Made by a program: the position numbers and the translations under genes. Below are positions 12,653 to 24,179 of a stretch of 64,000 nucleotides of DNA, in pieces; positions within the stretch are counted from its first letter, which is position 1, and each line of letters starts with the position of its first letter. The stretch is from Lama guanicoe (lineage: Eukaryota). Location of the stretch: the NCBI GenBank assembly GCA_013239625.1, contig MU053574.1, positions 371,844-435,843 of the forward strand. Direction: 5' to 3'. The notes beneath the pieces are model-generated. The model was not told the DNA's origin, did no database searches, and saw only the letters and a program-made list of their open reading frames with translations.

Positions 12653-12748
12653 ATGGCAGCCACCGACCGGGTGCTTCTCCACGTTCCCGAGCCCCGGGCC
12701 GCCTCCCCCAGGGCGTTCTCCAGACCCCGTCCGGCCCGGGCTAGGCGG
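12653..12748 (+). CDS. DDX31: DDX31 coding exon 1
   Basis: Strong Kozak context GGCATGG. 96 nt, MAATDRVLLHVPEPRAASPRAFSRPRPARARR, then donor CGG|GTGAGT. Phase 0 fits exon 2. Confidence 0.88.
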
Positions 12749-13689
12749 GTGAGTTCCGATCCGGTTTCAGATGCGTTCGCAGACGGAGCCGTGGCGTGCC
12801 GCGGGCTGCAGCCCTGCCTCTCGGTCTGGGTGCGAGTTATTCGCGGAATTAAAAGGCAGTAGAGGGGAGTCAGACATTGGGCAGCTTCTGGAGGAGTCGC
12901 TGAGCAACACGTGTCTAAGAGCGGATCACCACCCGGTGGAGATGTTCTTGGAGGGAGCGGAGCGGCGGTGGAGCTGGCTAGGGCTGCCGCTAGTTGGAGG
13001 ACTAGTTGGAGAGGTAGTGGCAAGGGTCTGAGGCTGTCGCCTCTAGAAGTTAGGAGCTGGCGCTTGGGTGTAAGTCCCAGCCCTGTCACGCACCAGCCAC
13101 GTCTCTAAACTTAGCCGCCGTTTCCTCGACTCTAAGAGTCGTTTGTTTCAAGAATGCGAATTGGAGACTGGAAGTGTCTTCGAAGAGTTTTCAAAAAATG
13201 TGATGTATTTTCATCCACACGCAATGTTAGGGGAAAAGAAAACACAACTCATCAATAAAATCTCCTCATTAAGTGAGAGAAAGGTACCTTAAATTTAAGC
13301 CAAGCCAGAGCTGAAAACTGGTTTTTTGGTTGGTTGACTTACCTCCTAGAAAAGAGGAGGGCTGTGGGGCAGAAAATCTGTTGTAAAATCATAAGGTACC
13401 TAATGACAGGAAGAATACAATTTGATGCCAATGAGAGAGTGTCTGTATTTTCTCAAAAAAAAAAAAAGCCACACTTAGTTACATTGAAAATTAATAGCCA
13501 AAGTTCGGTTCCGTTCATCCCTGAGTTCATATATGCTCACGCTAGCTAACACCCACTGTCTGAATTACCTAAAATTTTTAGTGATAATCAACTTTAGGAT
13601 TTAGAGGCTTGTGAGTAAGAAGTTTTCAGCTGGGCAATACGTAGCTGCATCTATTCAGGAGGGGGAAGGGGAAGTAGGAAAGAGCCAGT

Positions 13690-13912
13690 TGGGAGTATGG
13701 GATTTGGGGTAGGACAGACCTGGGATTGAATGCCAGCCTGGCAACATGCTAGCTCTGTGACCTTGGAGATGTTAACTTCACCTCTCTGATCCTCACTTTT
13801 TCTATCCATAAAATGAGAACAGTAATTTCTACTTCATATCAAGTTGTTAGGAAGGTTAAGAGAGATAATATACATTTTCTGGCCCAGAAGAGCACTTAAT
13901 AAATGTCAGTAA
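13690..13912 (+). mobile_element. MIR SINE
   Basis: GACAGACCTGGGATTGAATGCC...TAGCTCTGTGACCTTGG...AACTTCACCTCTCTGATCCTCAC...TAAAATGAGAACAGTAAT MIR core. Confidence 0.8.
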
Positions 13913-14094
13913 TAAAAAAATAAAGTCATATTGGCTCCGTTTTGGGTAATAGAATTGCTGTGTCAGGAGGTCTGTGAGGTGCTTGTGCCAGGTACATCCC
14001 TAGGGACTAACACATAGAAAGTACCTACTAATACTTTGTTGAGTGAGTTGTATGAATAAATAAAGTTATTTGGTTTTATGATTGCTTGAACCAC

Positions 14095-14285
14095 TGTGTC
14101 CAGTGGATATTAATAAGGTGATGACAGCTGTCTGCAGTGGCCTTGTCTGCACCGACATTTTTATGTCACTAATGAGGATTACGTATCTGCTGATCAGATT
14201 TGCTATCAGCCTGAACTTGGGATGAGTAGCTGATGTACTGGGTTTGGAAAGTCCTTGACAGCTGAAATTGTGCTGTATCTAAGAC
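14095..14285 (+). mobile_element. CR1/L3 reverse-transcriptase remnant
   Basis: 14190 onward translates LIRFAISLNLG*VADVL, a decayed LIKFADDTKLGG. A CR1-like 3' piece follows at about 15650-15900. Confidence 0.5.
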
Positions 14286-15139
14286 TGTGCAGAATGTTTT
14301 CTTTCTTAAGAGAAAAGTAGAAATTTATTGTAGGAAACTTGGAAAATAGATGAAAAGAAAACAAAACCACTCCTGATTGTCAAACTCAGAGATAACGCTG
14401 GGTAACATTTTGGTCTGTATCATTCTAGAACACAGCGCAAAACAAAATAGGGATCAAACTATCTGTGATGTTTTCTAGCCAAACAGGATCCACTTCCTAA
14501 ATGGTACTGTAGTGTCATTGTTAGGAACAGTGTTCTTCTCTTAAAATGGGTTGATACCAGTACTGTATCTGCAGATGACTCAGTTCTTAGAAGTACTTAG
14601 CATTCTGCATACTGCCTGGTGTATAGTAACTACTCAGTATGTTTATTACTATCAGAGACAGGGCGCGTAGCCTGTTGGGGCCAGATGGACCCCGGAGATC
14701 ATCTGCTATAATCCCCTCATTGGACTGAGGGTGGGGTGGGGAGCAGCCTCAGGGACGTGCTGATTTTTAGGAGATCCATGTCCTTGCTCCTCCGTGCTCA
14801 GTTGCCACCTCACGAAGCCTTCCTGTTTCTCTGCCTCCCTCCCCCTTGCTGAAGGCCATGGTAGTCTTTCTTCTCGTTTTGTGCCCTTAAATCCCTTTGT
14901 TCGTACCTCTTCTGTTGTACAAGTATAGGTTTGGATTTGCACTTTTACCCTTTTGTCTCTTCCACTAGTCTGTGACTCCTGCAAGGTCTTGGCACATCTT
15001 TGTATCATCAGAACCAAGCTCCTTGACAGCTACTAAGTGGTCAGTTTTTTAAATGAATGCGTTGTGGATGCTGGTGTGGGGTGGGAGGGGAGGAGAAGCG
15101 AACAAGTAGTAGACAAGTGTCCAGATCTTGGAAAAGAGT

Positions 15140-15640
15140 AATTCCATCATGTTACTCATCTTACAAGTATTTATTGAGTATTTACTTTGTGCCAGACATG
15201 GTCCTGTGCTGGGGACTCAGTGCTGTATGGGACAGGCTGGTTATTTTTTCCAGTCTAGTGGGGAAGACAGACATCACACAACAAATTACATGCTGCGTTT
15301 ATTGTTTTACTGAGTGTGACAAAAGAGAATAAGAACAGGGACGTTGGTTTGATAGGGTGGAGAGGAGGTCAGGAAAGGCCCTTCTAGGGAGGCAGTAGGT
15401 AAGCCTAGATCTGAAGGGTGGGTGTGTTAGCCAGCCAGAGGGAGGGGCGGGGACATGGGTGTGGGAGTAGCATGTGCAAAGGCCCTGAGGAGAGAAGGAG
15501 CATGGTACATTCTGGAAACTTGAGGAAGACCAGGACGGCAGAGGGTAAAGCTGAGACTGATGAGATGTGCAGAGGCCACATTCTCAAGGGCTTTGTAGAT
15601 CGTGTTACACATTTTCACCTAAGAGCAGTGGGAAACCTGT
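15140..15640 (-). mobile_element. L2 remnant
   Basis: AAGTATTTATTGAGTATTTACTTTGTGCCAGACATGG antisense L2 end, then AGCATGTGCAAAGGCCCTGAGG typical of the L2 body. Confidence 0.75.
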
Positions 15641-17260
15641 CTAATACCGTGCTTAATGTTGGACACTTGCTTTTAGAGAGAGCTTGACATGGGCATAAAG
15701 AGGGACCAGGATGGTAAGGGATCCAAAGTTTGTGTCCTGTTTGGAATATTTCATCCAAAGAAGAAGAAAGAAGGAGTTCTGTGATGGATGAAGGAATGTT
15801 ATGTACAAGAGCTGAGGCAGAAAGCAGACTTCAGGCTGGTAGGTAGGATTCAGGAAGACAGATCTTGTGTGAATGTCAGAAACAGCTTCCTAAGCCGTAG
15901 AATTTGGTCGGGAAGAAAATGGGTCGCCTCGTGGGATGGAGAACAGTAGGGGCAGGTGGGCAGGCAGAAGCTGCTGGGCCAGCTGTCCGGGTCCTGGGGT
16001 GGGACGTCCGTGCGCTGTGGGAGAGGCCTGTAGGCCTTTCTGTGCTCCAGGAGTCTGTGGTCTGTACACCAGGTGAAGTCTGCACATTTCATTCCATCTT
16101 GCAGATGATTCCAGAGACCCGAAACTTGACTTCATCTCCTTTTTTATCTGAATACTTAGAACTTCGTAAAAATAAATTTACAAAGTGAAGCAGGTCAGTA
16201 GTTACTCTACTAATATAGAATGTGTGGAGTTGTGTTTATTGACTTATTTAGTGATAGAATTCCTTCCGGTTGCCAGGAACAAAGAACTGTTGTTATCGGT
16301 AGGTTAGTCTGAAGCTGACGGTCATGGCTAAAGCAGGCTGGTGTGTAGGCAGAAGTCATGATTTTCAGCAGAGACGAAAATAACATATTCCAAGAGAAAC
16401 GAAAACTCCAGAATAGCAAGCACTGAATACTCCCAGGATGCTTTTATATTCATGTGTAAACTGGAAGAGAAGGCCAGAGGAAATAGAGGCATCAGGTGTT
16501 CTCCTCGGGGAAGTTTGGACATCATGCATTTAACAGCATTCATGTTATGGAAATAAGCAACAGGCGAGAAAATATCCGGTGTTGTAGTCTGTAATCAGCG
16601 CTCAGATGGGGAAAGGCGAGGAGAGTTGGAAGTAATTGTGAGAGAGGTGATGGATGGAGCAGAATTCTCATTTGGAATGGAGACTGGGAGGAAGAATTGT
16701 CTCCAAGCCATCTGAATCTGGGGGAGCAGCTTGAGGGCAGAGAATGACAGCGATCCAAGCACTCTGGGGCAGAGCAGTGATGAAGGTTCCGCTGGGCGTG
16801 GGCTGGGATGCGGCGTCCCACGTGTAGTCCCCGATGGGCTTTGTGTAGGGAGAAACGATTCATTTCCCCCTTCCCCGCTCTCCTCGCGTAAGTGGATTCC
16901 TAGGGACTTGGACTGACTCAGCCTGCATGCTTCACAAGGTGGGTCCTCGCGCCCTTTAAAATAGACTCTATTTGTTAACATTCAGCCTGAAAAATGTTTC
17001 TCTTTTCTTGATCCTCACCTTCATCTTGGTGGAGTTAAACGCGAAGATGATTGGAGGAGTCTAGTAGATGGATCAGTTGAGCTGTTGTGGGAACTGAGTC
17101 AAAGAATCTGATTGCAGACCCTAAACTGTTGCTTGACATATGGGGCGTAATGATCTCTGCGGGGAGGGATGCAATTCTGTGGGCAGTCAGGCTTCACTCT
17201 GAGGTCTGCGTTCATGGACTGATGCACCTCTGTTGCTCTTTCCTTTTGGGATCGTCGCAG

Positions 17261-17517
17261 CAAGCAGAGGCCACCAAAAGAAGATACCGCGAGTCCAGCG
17301 AGGCTCCCCCAGCGAAACGGAGGAGCGAAGCATCCTGTCTCCCAGCCAAGAAAACTGCCGCTAAAGAGACTCAAGGGACTTTTCAGGGAAAGGCACCAAA
17401 AACGTTTTCTCCAAAGAAGTCTTCGGCTGGTGGGAGTGATAGAAACCAAGAGCGGAAACCGGGCATTAAGACTTCATCCCTGTTTAAAAACAACCCTGAA
17501 ATCCCGGAACTCCACAG
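17261..17517 (+). CDS. DDX31: DDX31 exon 2
   Basis: CGCAG|CAA ... CAG|GTATGT. 257 nt, [21 protein letters not shown]...[16 protein letters not shown](R); basic low-complexity N-terminal region. Confidence 0.93.
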
Positions 17518-17622
17518 GTATGTCCAGGTGCAGACGCCCTTCAGGAATGAAAGGAGTTAAGTGTATTCTGCCTTTTTCTTGCTTCTTGGAACTGATGCCT
17601 GAGTCTTGTTCATCATTTGCAG

Positions 17623-17698
17623 ACCTGTGGTAAAGCAGGTGCAAGAAAAAGTGTTCACTTCAGATGCCTTTCACGAACTGGACCTCCACCCACATTTA
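17623..17698 (+). CDS. DDX31: DDX31 exon 3
   Basis: TGCAG|A ... TTA|GTAAGT. 76 nt, PVVKQVQEKVFTSDAFHELDLHPHL, including the aromatic residue upstream of the Q motif. Confidence 0.95.
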
Positions 17699-18352
17699 GT
17701 AAGTATCTCTCGGTGTTTTATGTGGTCGGGTTTGGGGATGTGTTTATTCATTCCGAATGTCTGAAATGGCAGTTCTAGGAAGAAAAATCAAAGAATGGTT
17801 ATTTCTGCTCCAAGTTACCTGAGTGATTTCAGGTTGATAAGGTGCTGTTCCGGGACGATTCAAGTGAGCTTAGGATTCTGTTCACTGTCTTTACGCCCAG
17901 TGCCCCCACCCCCACCCCTCCACCCCCACCTTTTTTTAAGAACTCTAAAGACTTTGCTCACCTGATTCACTTAGGACTGGGACTCCAATTATTGGGCTTG
18001 AAGACCACCTCCTAATGACTGGACAGATGTGCTACTGGGGCTATTCTGGGTGGCAGATGTCACAGGAACCCTAGGAGGGGGACCTGAACTGGCATCTTGC
18101 TGTTAAGGGAAGTCTAGTTATGAAGACTTGAAGGAAGAAGGGGCTTTTTTTTAAAACATGCATTTTCTACAGGCAAATGAACACTTTTTTTAAAAAAAAA
18201 ACATGAATGAGCTTTCCAGCCTTATTTATGAGTAAGGAGAGAAAATACATTTGACTTGCAGGGAGTCTGGATTTCCTTGGCTCGCGTGATCACGGCTTAC
18301 CTGCTCCGTCGGGTGGGTTACACATGCTTGCTTTCTCAGCAGCAGGTTGGAG

Positions 18353-18577
18353 CAGGCTTTCTCAGGCGTGGTGCCCCATGTATTTTGGATGGATGACTGT
18401 GTCACGGGGACGGCTCTGCGCATTGTAGGATGTTTAGCAGCATCCTCTGCCTCTGCTCACTTGATGCCAGGGCATCCTCTCCCCAAGTTTTAACAGCTGA
18501 AAGTTTCCCCAGACATTGCCCCGTGTTGGGGCGTGGTGGGGGTGGTGTGCAGAACCGCCTCCAGGTGAGAACCATTG
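18353..18577 (-). mobile_element. MER20 (hAT-Charlie DNA transposon fossil)
   Basis: Termini CAGGCTTTCTCA / TGAGAACCATTG, internal CATTGTAGGATGTTTAGCAGCATCC, and an 8-bp duplication GGTTGGAG (18345-18352) / GGTGGGAG (18578-18585) typical of hAT elements. Confidence 0.85.
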
Positions 18578-18713
18578 GGTGGGAGGACTTGACTTGATCA
18601 TGATCATCACTTTTTCCCCAGTATTTTCTCCCTTTCTACATCCTTAATTGTGTTAAATCCATTTGTACTGAAAAAAATCGATAAACAAAAATATTTTTTG
18701 TCTTTTCTCTTAG

Positions 18714-18757
18714 ATTTCCACAATAAATTCAGTCTTAAAAATGTCTAGTATGACCAG
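18714..18757 (+). CDS. DDX31: DDX31 exon 4
   Basis: TTAG|ATT ... CAG|GTAAGA. 44 nt, ISTINSVLKMSSMT(S). Confidence 0.94.
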
Positions 18758-19869
18758 GTAAGAGTTCCCGGCCTGTCTGGATTCTCTTAGGACTTTAGTG
18801 GGTGTAACCAGATGAAATCAGAATTGTCTGTGGAGGACAGAGCCCGTTTGTGCCCCGGCGTTAGAGAGCAGTGCCCGGTTCTCGACCCTCAAGGGCTTGA
18901 CAGCCACTTGGCCTCCCCACCTGTCAGATGGAGAGACTGGGTCTCCGTCCACTTCCACTGTCAGCTCTGAACTATAAGAGGTCCCTGGTCCAGAGGATGG
19001 TCTGCAGAAGAGCCCATGGTTGTCTGTGTTTCCTTGAAAGTAATTTGTCTAAAATACAGAATTTATCTTGTCACTTCTTAGTAGTAAAAATTAAATACAT
19101 CTGTAAGATAGGAGTAAAATATTTGGTTGAATGTAATGGGATGCTGGAAAAAAAATTTAAATGTTAGTTGTGATCACTGCTGGAGAATAGAAATGGAGTT
19201 GTGAGGGTGTGGGGGTGAGAAGGGCCCCTCCACGCGTCTGTCTGCTGCTGTCCCTTTAACAGCAGTCACCTTCGCTTAGAAGTAAACACTGGTAAGAACA
19301 TTGAGGAGTGAAGTAAGGAGCCCCCTTGCCATTTTTGGGGTTCAGTGCTGTCACCGAATTGATTTCTGTTTTTCAACGCACACGAAAACACACATCTCGG
19401 TGTGTTCACAGCAGTCGTAGCTTGTTTTTCTGGGGAAGGGACAGCGGTTCCTGGCTGTCTGCAAGGCTCACGAGCATCCTCTCACCCTTCTGCTTGGGAA
19501 TCCCTCCCTGACGTTTTATCGTTCCGCATCCCCGGTACGGCAGGCGAGAGGGCATGTGACGGGCTTTTGTGGTGGCTCCAGCTGTCATCACGCCTGCCCC
19601 ATTCTTCTGTTTAACTAGTCTAAGAGAATAGCCAGTCTCTGGCTTGCTCAACATTTGCAGCTCCAAAAGTCCCAAAAATTAACAGGTTTTTTTCTACTGG
19701 CTGTCAAAGGTCTCCCAGCCCTCCCCTTGACTGTTCAGGGAACCCTAAGGTGACAGGTGCTAGTCAGCATGTGGGCGGTTGCGTTTCGTGTGTCCTCCGT
19801 CCCTGCCTGGAGACGTGGGGGAGCTATACACGATGGATAAGCATGTGCTCTTTCTTTTGGGCCCACAAG

Positions 19870-19940
19870 CGTTCAGAAGCAAAGTATCCCTGTGTTGCTG
19901 GAAGGCAGAGATGCTCTCGTGAGATCCCAGACGGGCTCAG
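19870..19940 (+). CDS. DDX31: DDX31 exon 5
   Basis: CACAAG|C ... CAG|GTCAGT. 71 nt, VQKQSIPVLLEGRDALVRSQTGS(G): Q motif and first half of motif I. Confidence 0.94.
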
Positions 19941-20858
19941 GTCAGTCGTCAGTTAATTTCTGCCCTTCCCCACGTGGTTGTGCAGCCGGGTGTGTCGTAA
20001 GCGGTCTGGCGAGGGGTGGTGGCTGCTTTGTTTTGTGGGGGGAGGGAAGCCCTGGATCCATTCACATCGTGAAAGGAAGGGGACAGTCAGTGGGGCTGCG
20101 ATCAGGAGTGATCAGGAGGCAGCCAAGTTCCACTGTCATTCCTCAGAGCCAGCCTCAGGGCTTTGCCCAGCCTCACTCTAGTGGGCAATGAGCATTTTCT
20201 TCTGGTATTAAAACTGTTCTGTGGTGAGCACACGCTGAGTGGATGCCAGTCTTTTGGCTTGAACATGGAACACTGCTTTTGTGCGTTCCAGAACAGTCTG
20301 GACTTGTTCTTCTGACCCTCTTGTGCCCTTAATGGCAGGTCCCCTGTTCTCTGCCCCCTTCCGCCTCCCTGCCCCCCACCCCTGCCCCGGCTCGGCCACC
20401 ATTCAGGCGGGTGGATCCCAAAGTTTTTGCCTGGTTTCTCCTTGGTCTTCAGAGGCCATCTCTGGGGTTCAGACAGGCTCCTCCCGACGTGGGCACCGCA
20501 GAGGATGCTCCCTGACCACTGAGGCTCCTTGGGGAGGTTAGGGGGTGCTTCAGAGGGGATACAGGGTGACAGTCACTGAGCTGAGCTTCTGTGTGACCTG
20601 GAAGATGCATCATCGGCTCCCTTGTCAGATGTCAAAGGAGCAGAAGCTGCAGGTTTGTTAGAAGCACTGACTTTACAAAGCAGAACTAGGGGTTGTGGCA
20701 GACAGGTCACTTCCCTTTTCACTGGATGTGGGTGGGCCGCTCCTGTCCCCAGATTTCAGGGCGGCCCAAGGAGAGCAGTGCCAGCTTCCTCTGCTGTCTG
20801 TGCTTTTCTGACATCCACAGGCTCCGTGATGTTAACTGCTTTTGTGCTTCTTTAAAAG

Positions 20859-20923
20859 GTAAAACTCTTGCCTACTGCATCCCTGTGGTCCAGTCCCTTC
20901 AAGCAATGGAGTCCAAAATACAG
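20859..20923 (+). CDS. DDX31: DDX31 exon 6
   Basis: TAAAAG|GT ... CAG|GTGAGT. 65 nt, (G)KTLAYCIPVVQSLQAMESKIQ; completes Walker A, SQTGSGKT. Confidence 0.95.
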
Positions 20924-21804
20924 GTGAGTGTAAAGTGTGCTTTTCTGTTATTGTTCACAGCGCACTAGAAGCCATCAAACTGAACCAAAGCGGTAAGATT
21001 GGGACCAAGAGAGTCTTTTCACTTAGCTTTGTTTTCTTCCCTCTTTTAAATTTATTACGTAAGCATGTTGCATCTGAAGCCTGTGCCCAGAGTGGAATGG
21101 AGTAAACACATGGTCGTCCTGGCAGGTCTAACAGGGAATGTTTGTAAGATGCTCCCCGTGGGTCAGACATCCGGCCGAACGCTTCCTTGTGTTATTTTCT
21201 TGACTCTCTTAACTGCCCCAGACCCCCCAGCTGTAAGGTATTACTGTTAACCTTGATTAAGGAAAAGTCAAATGGAGGCTTGAGAAGGTCGGATAACTTC
21301 CTGAGGCCGAGTGGGGGGATCGTGAAGCTGAGTTTCCACCTCTGTCCTCTTTGGCTCTGGAGGCCCAGCTCCTCTGACTGAGGACGGTGAGCATTGTATT
21401 TAAGATGGTGGTTTGTCATGAATAGTAGGCGTGAAAATAAGCACCCAGTTGGTGAGTGTGACAGTTGGGCCACCTCGGATTTAGCGTTTCCTAGAAATTT
21501 AGTTGTCAAACACACTTAGCACCTGGGCCAGGAGGGCCAGAGCTGGATTCCCTGGGTTCCCTGGGAGGCCGTGTGCCTGCTGTGTTCCACAGGCGTGGGT
21601 GTCCTCTCAAAACCCAGAACCCCGCACACGCCCCGGGTATTCTCACTTGAGAGGAAACAGTGAGATCAGAAATAGGGAGCAAGACAGGTTCACAAACAGG
21701 TGAGGAGAGCTGATTGGTTACTTTTTTCTCAGTCTGGACATGCAGAATTAGATGTGTGTCCAGCCTTCCTGTTATTTGAGTGACAAAATAATGAGGGTGT
21801 TGCT

Positions 21805-21995
21805 GTTTATAAAAACAGATTTTAGAAAGTTTCTTTTGTACAGCACAGGAAACTATGTCCAGTGTCTTGTAATAACCTTTAATGGAAGAAAATATGAAAA
21901 CGAAGATACGCATGTCTCGGCATGACTGGGGCATTGTGCTGTGCACCAGAGGCGGACGCACTGTGACTGACTGTACTTCGATTAAAAAAAAAAAA
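21805..21995 (+). mobile_element. 5'-truncated L1 3' end
   Basis: GTACAGCACAGGAAACTAT...GCATGACTGG...TACTTCGATT then A12. Aligns by eye to the copies at 31154 and 39394. Confidence 0.75.
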
Positions 21996-22009
21996 GACAG
22001 TGTTGGATC

Positions 22010-22820
22010 ATGGCCCGTAGTCTAAAACAAATCCCCGTGGGTCCAAATCGATATAAATTATTGATTAAATAGATGAGACAAGGGAAGGGCTTCCTTTCAG
22101 TAGAATTCCATGAGTAAATGTGAGACGTCATCACCCGGCAGATGCCACGGCAGTACTGTTTCGGGCAAGAATCCCCAGAGCCGCTAAAATGAGAGGATGA
22201 AAGCGTGATGAAAATCGGGCGTCTACACAGTCTCAGAGTATCTCTCCATAAGATACGGGAAGAAGGGCAACTTCACGGGGGAAGCCGGCTGCCACCACCG
22301 TAGCCGAGGGGTCAGAGTGGGCTCACCGGTCCTGAGACGTGTCGACATCATGTCTCCTGATCGGTGCGTGGAGCACGCAGTGGTACACCCGTGGTTTTCT
22401 TGCCAAAAATGCATAACCCGAATTTAATCATAAGCTTCAGACAAACCCAAATCAAGGCACATTCTAAAAAGAACTGGCCAGTGCTCTTCAAAACTGTTAA
22501 GGTCGCAAAAAATGAAGCAGTACTAAGGCACTACCCCAGATTAAAAGAGGTGAAGGAGACATGGCAGCTAAATGCAGCTTGTGGTCCTGAACTGGATCTT
22601 AATCTGGAAAAGGGATGTTAACAGGTCAGGCGATGAAATGTGAGTGAGGTCTATAGATGAACTGGCCGTATCGGGTCAGCGTTAATTCCCTGTTCGATCC
22701 TTGCCCTGGGATTCTGAGACTCCGTGCCGCCTAAGGAAGCCTGCGAGAAGGGTGGAAGGGAGTCCTTTGAACTGTTGGTGCAATTTTTTGTAAGTTGGAA
22801 ATTATTTCAAAATGAACACA
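22010..22820 (+). mobile_element. Old L1 (L1MC-like) 3' region
   Basis: TTCTTGCCAAAAATGCATAACCCGAATTTAATCAT, CAGACAAACCCAAAT and terminal TTTTTGTAAGTTGGAAATTATTTCAAAAT are typical of L1MC 3' UTRs. Confidence 0.7.
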
Positions 22821-24179
22821 TTTACATCTTACTCATACTGGTTCTGTCCGAGGCGAGTGAGTGAGAATTCTGTCTCCTGGTGTTCCCCTCCGTTGGGCAC
22901 TCTGCAGTGAGATGGTTCGTACGAGGGGCTTAGCGTCGTGCCCCGTGTAGGTTACAGAAGAAGAAATGTGAATTCTTAGACCAATGTGGTAATCTCATCT
23001 GCTTGCACACTCCAGGAGAACTTCTTCCCTTAGAGGTTTTTTCCTTCCGGGAAAGTTGCAGAGTTTGGGCGTGTATTTGAGCTGGAATGGGTCCTTTGGT
23101 TCTAGCCCAGCTGTCTCATTCCTGGAGCCATGAACTGAGGACAGGAGAGATTCGATTACGTTCCTAAGGTGTAGACAGTGTGGTGGGTGGCTCTGCTCAA
23201 GTCCTGGGTCTGTGTGTCACGTTGGGCAAATCATTTCATCCGTCTGTGCCTCTTGGGGAATAACTTGGGTTCTCCTAGCATTGCCACGAGGATCGAGTCC
23301 AACGTGGGGAGGTGGGAGCTGCTACCAGGCGCCTAGTGATAGTACTTGCTCATTAAACATCAGCTGTTGTCAACACAGACATGTGGCCAGTCTGAAGGGC
23401 AGCATTTTGAATGGCTTATATTCAGACCATTAACAAGCCTTCTCGTTTTTATTTACTGAAATATTTTTAATATCAATAACAGCTTATTCTATTAAAGATT
23501 GAAAATATTCTGTAGACACAGTTTTCCAAGCCCAAATTTAATTCACTTATCTTGAGGAATATTCAGTCTAGGCCCTTGGAATTCATTGCGAAAGGATTTG
23601 ACCTGTAAAAAACACATCTGGAGGGAGCAGCAAATTCAAGGCGCCCAGCAGAGCCTTCAATTACTTTCGTGACAGAATGAGAATGGACTGACTGCCTTTC
23701 TGTGTTTTCACTCTTTCAGCTATTTTGGCTCTGATTTTTTTTAACATCACATCCATCCTTCCTCACTCACTTCTGCCCTGTGAGGAATTGATTGTTCTTT
23801 CTTCTCCTCTGTGTAGTAACACCTTTTGAAATGTCAGCATCTCCTAACGTCACACTGTGGCATCAAGACGGTTGTACTAACATGTTTACCGTTCCTCACC
23901 TGGGCTTCAGCACAGTCTCGCCAAGTTGATGCCGAGCACAGACGGCTCTCGTTTGAATTCCAAATCCTTTTCTCCTTGTGGGTAAATGTTTCCCATGCAA
24001 AACATGAAAACCATCTTCGTAATTTAATTTGCCGCCAACTCTGTGCTTAGCTTCTACACTAGCATAGTTTTGATTCACTCACTAGGTGTCTGTGAGCACT
24101 TCGGAGGTACAAAACGCCCCGTTGACTTCGGGACCTTTATCAGATTACTTTGTTTTCTTCTGTCATCATTCCTATTATT

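Larger units (their letters stand above)
11350..13130. promoter_or_regulatory. CpG island / bidirectional promoter shared by GTF3C4 and DDX31
   Basis: Dense CpG and very high GC across both first exons; divergent ATGs at 11970 (-) and 12653 (+). Contains CCCACGTGGG (12588-12597) and CCGGAAG (12529-12535). Edges approximate. Confidence 0.9.

Noticed and set aside
11537..13108. Many overlapping 80-170 aa ORFs on both strands in the CpG island
   Set aside because: Expected from stop-codon scarcity at very high GC; Pro/Arg/Gly/Ala-rich with no domain features.
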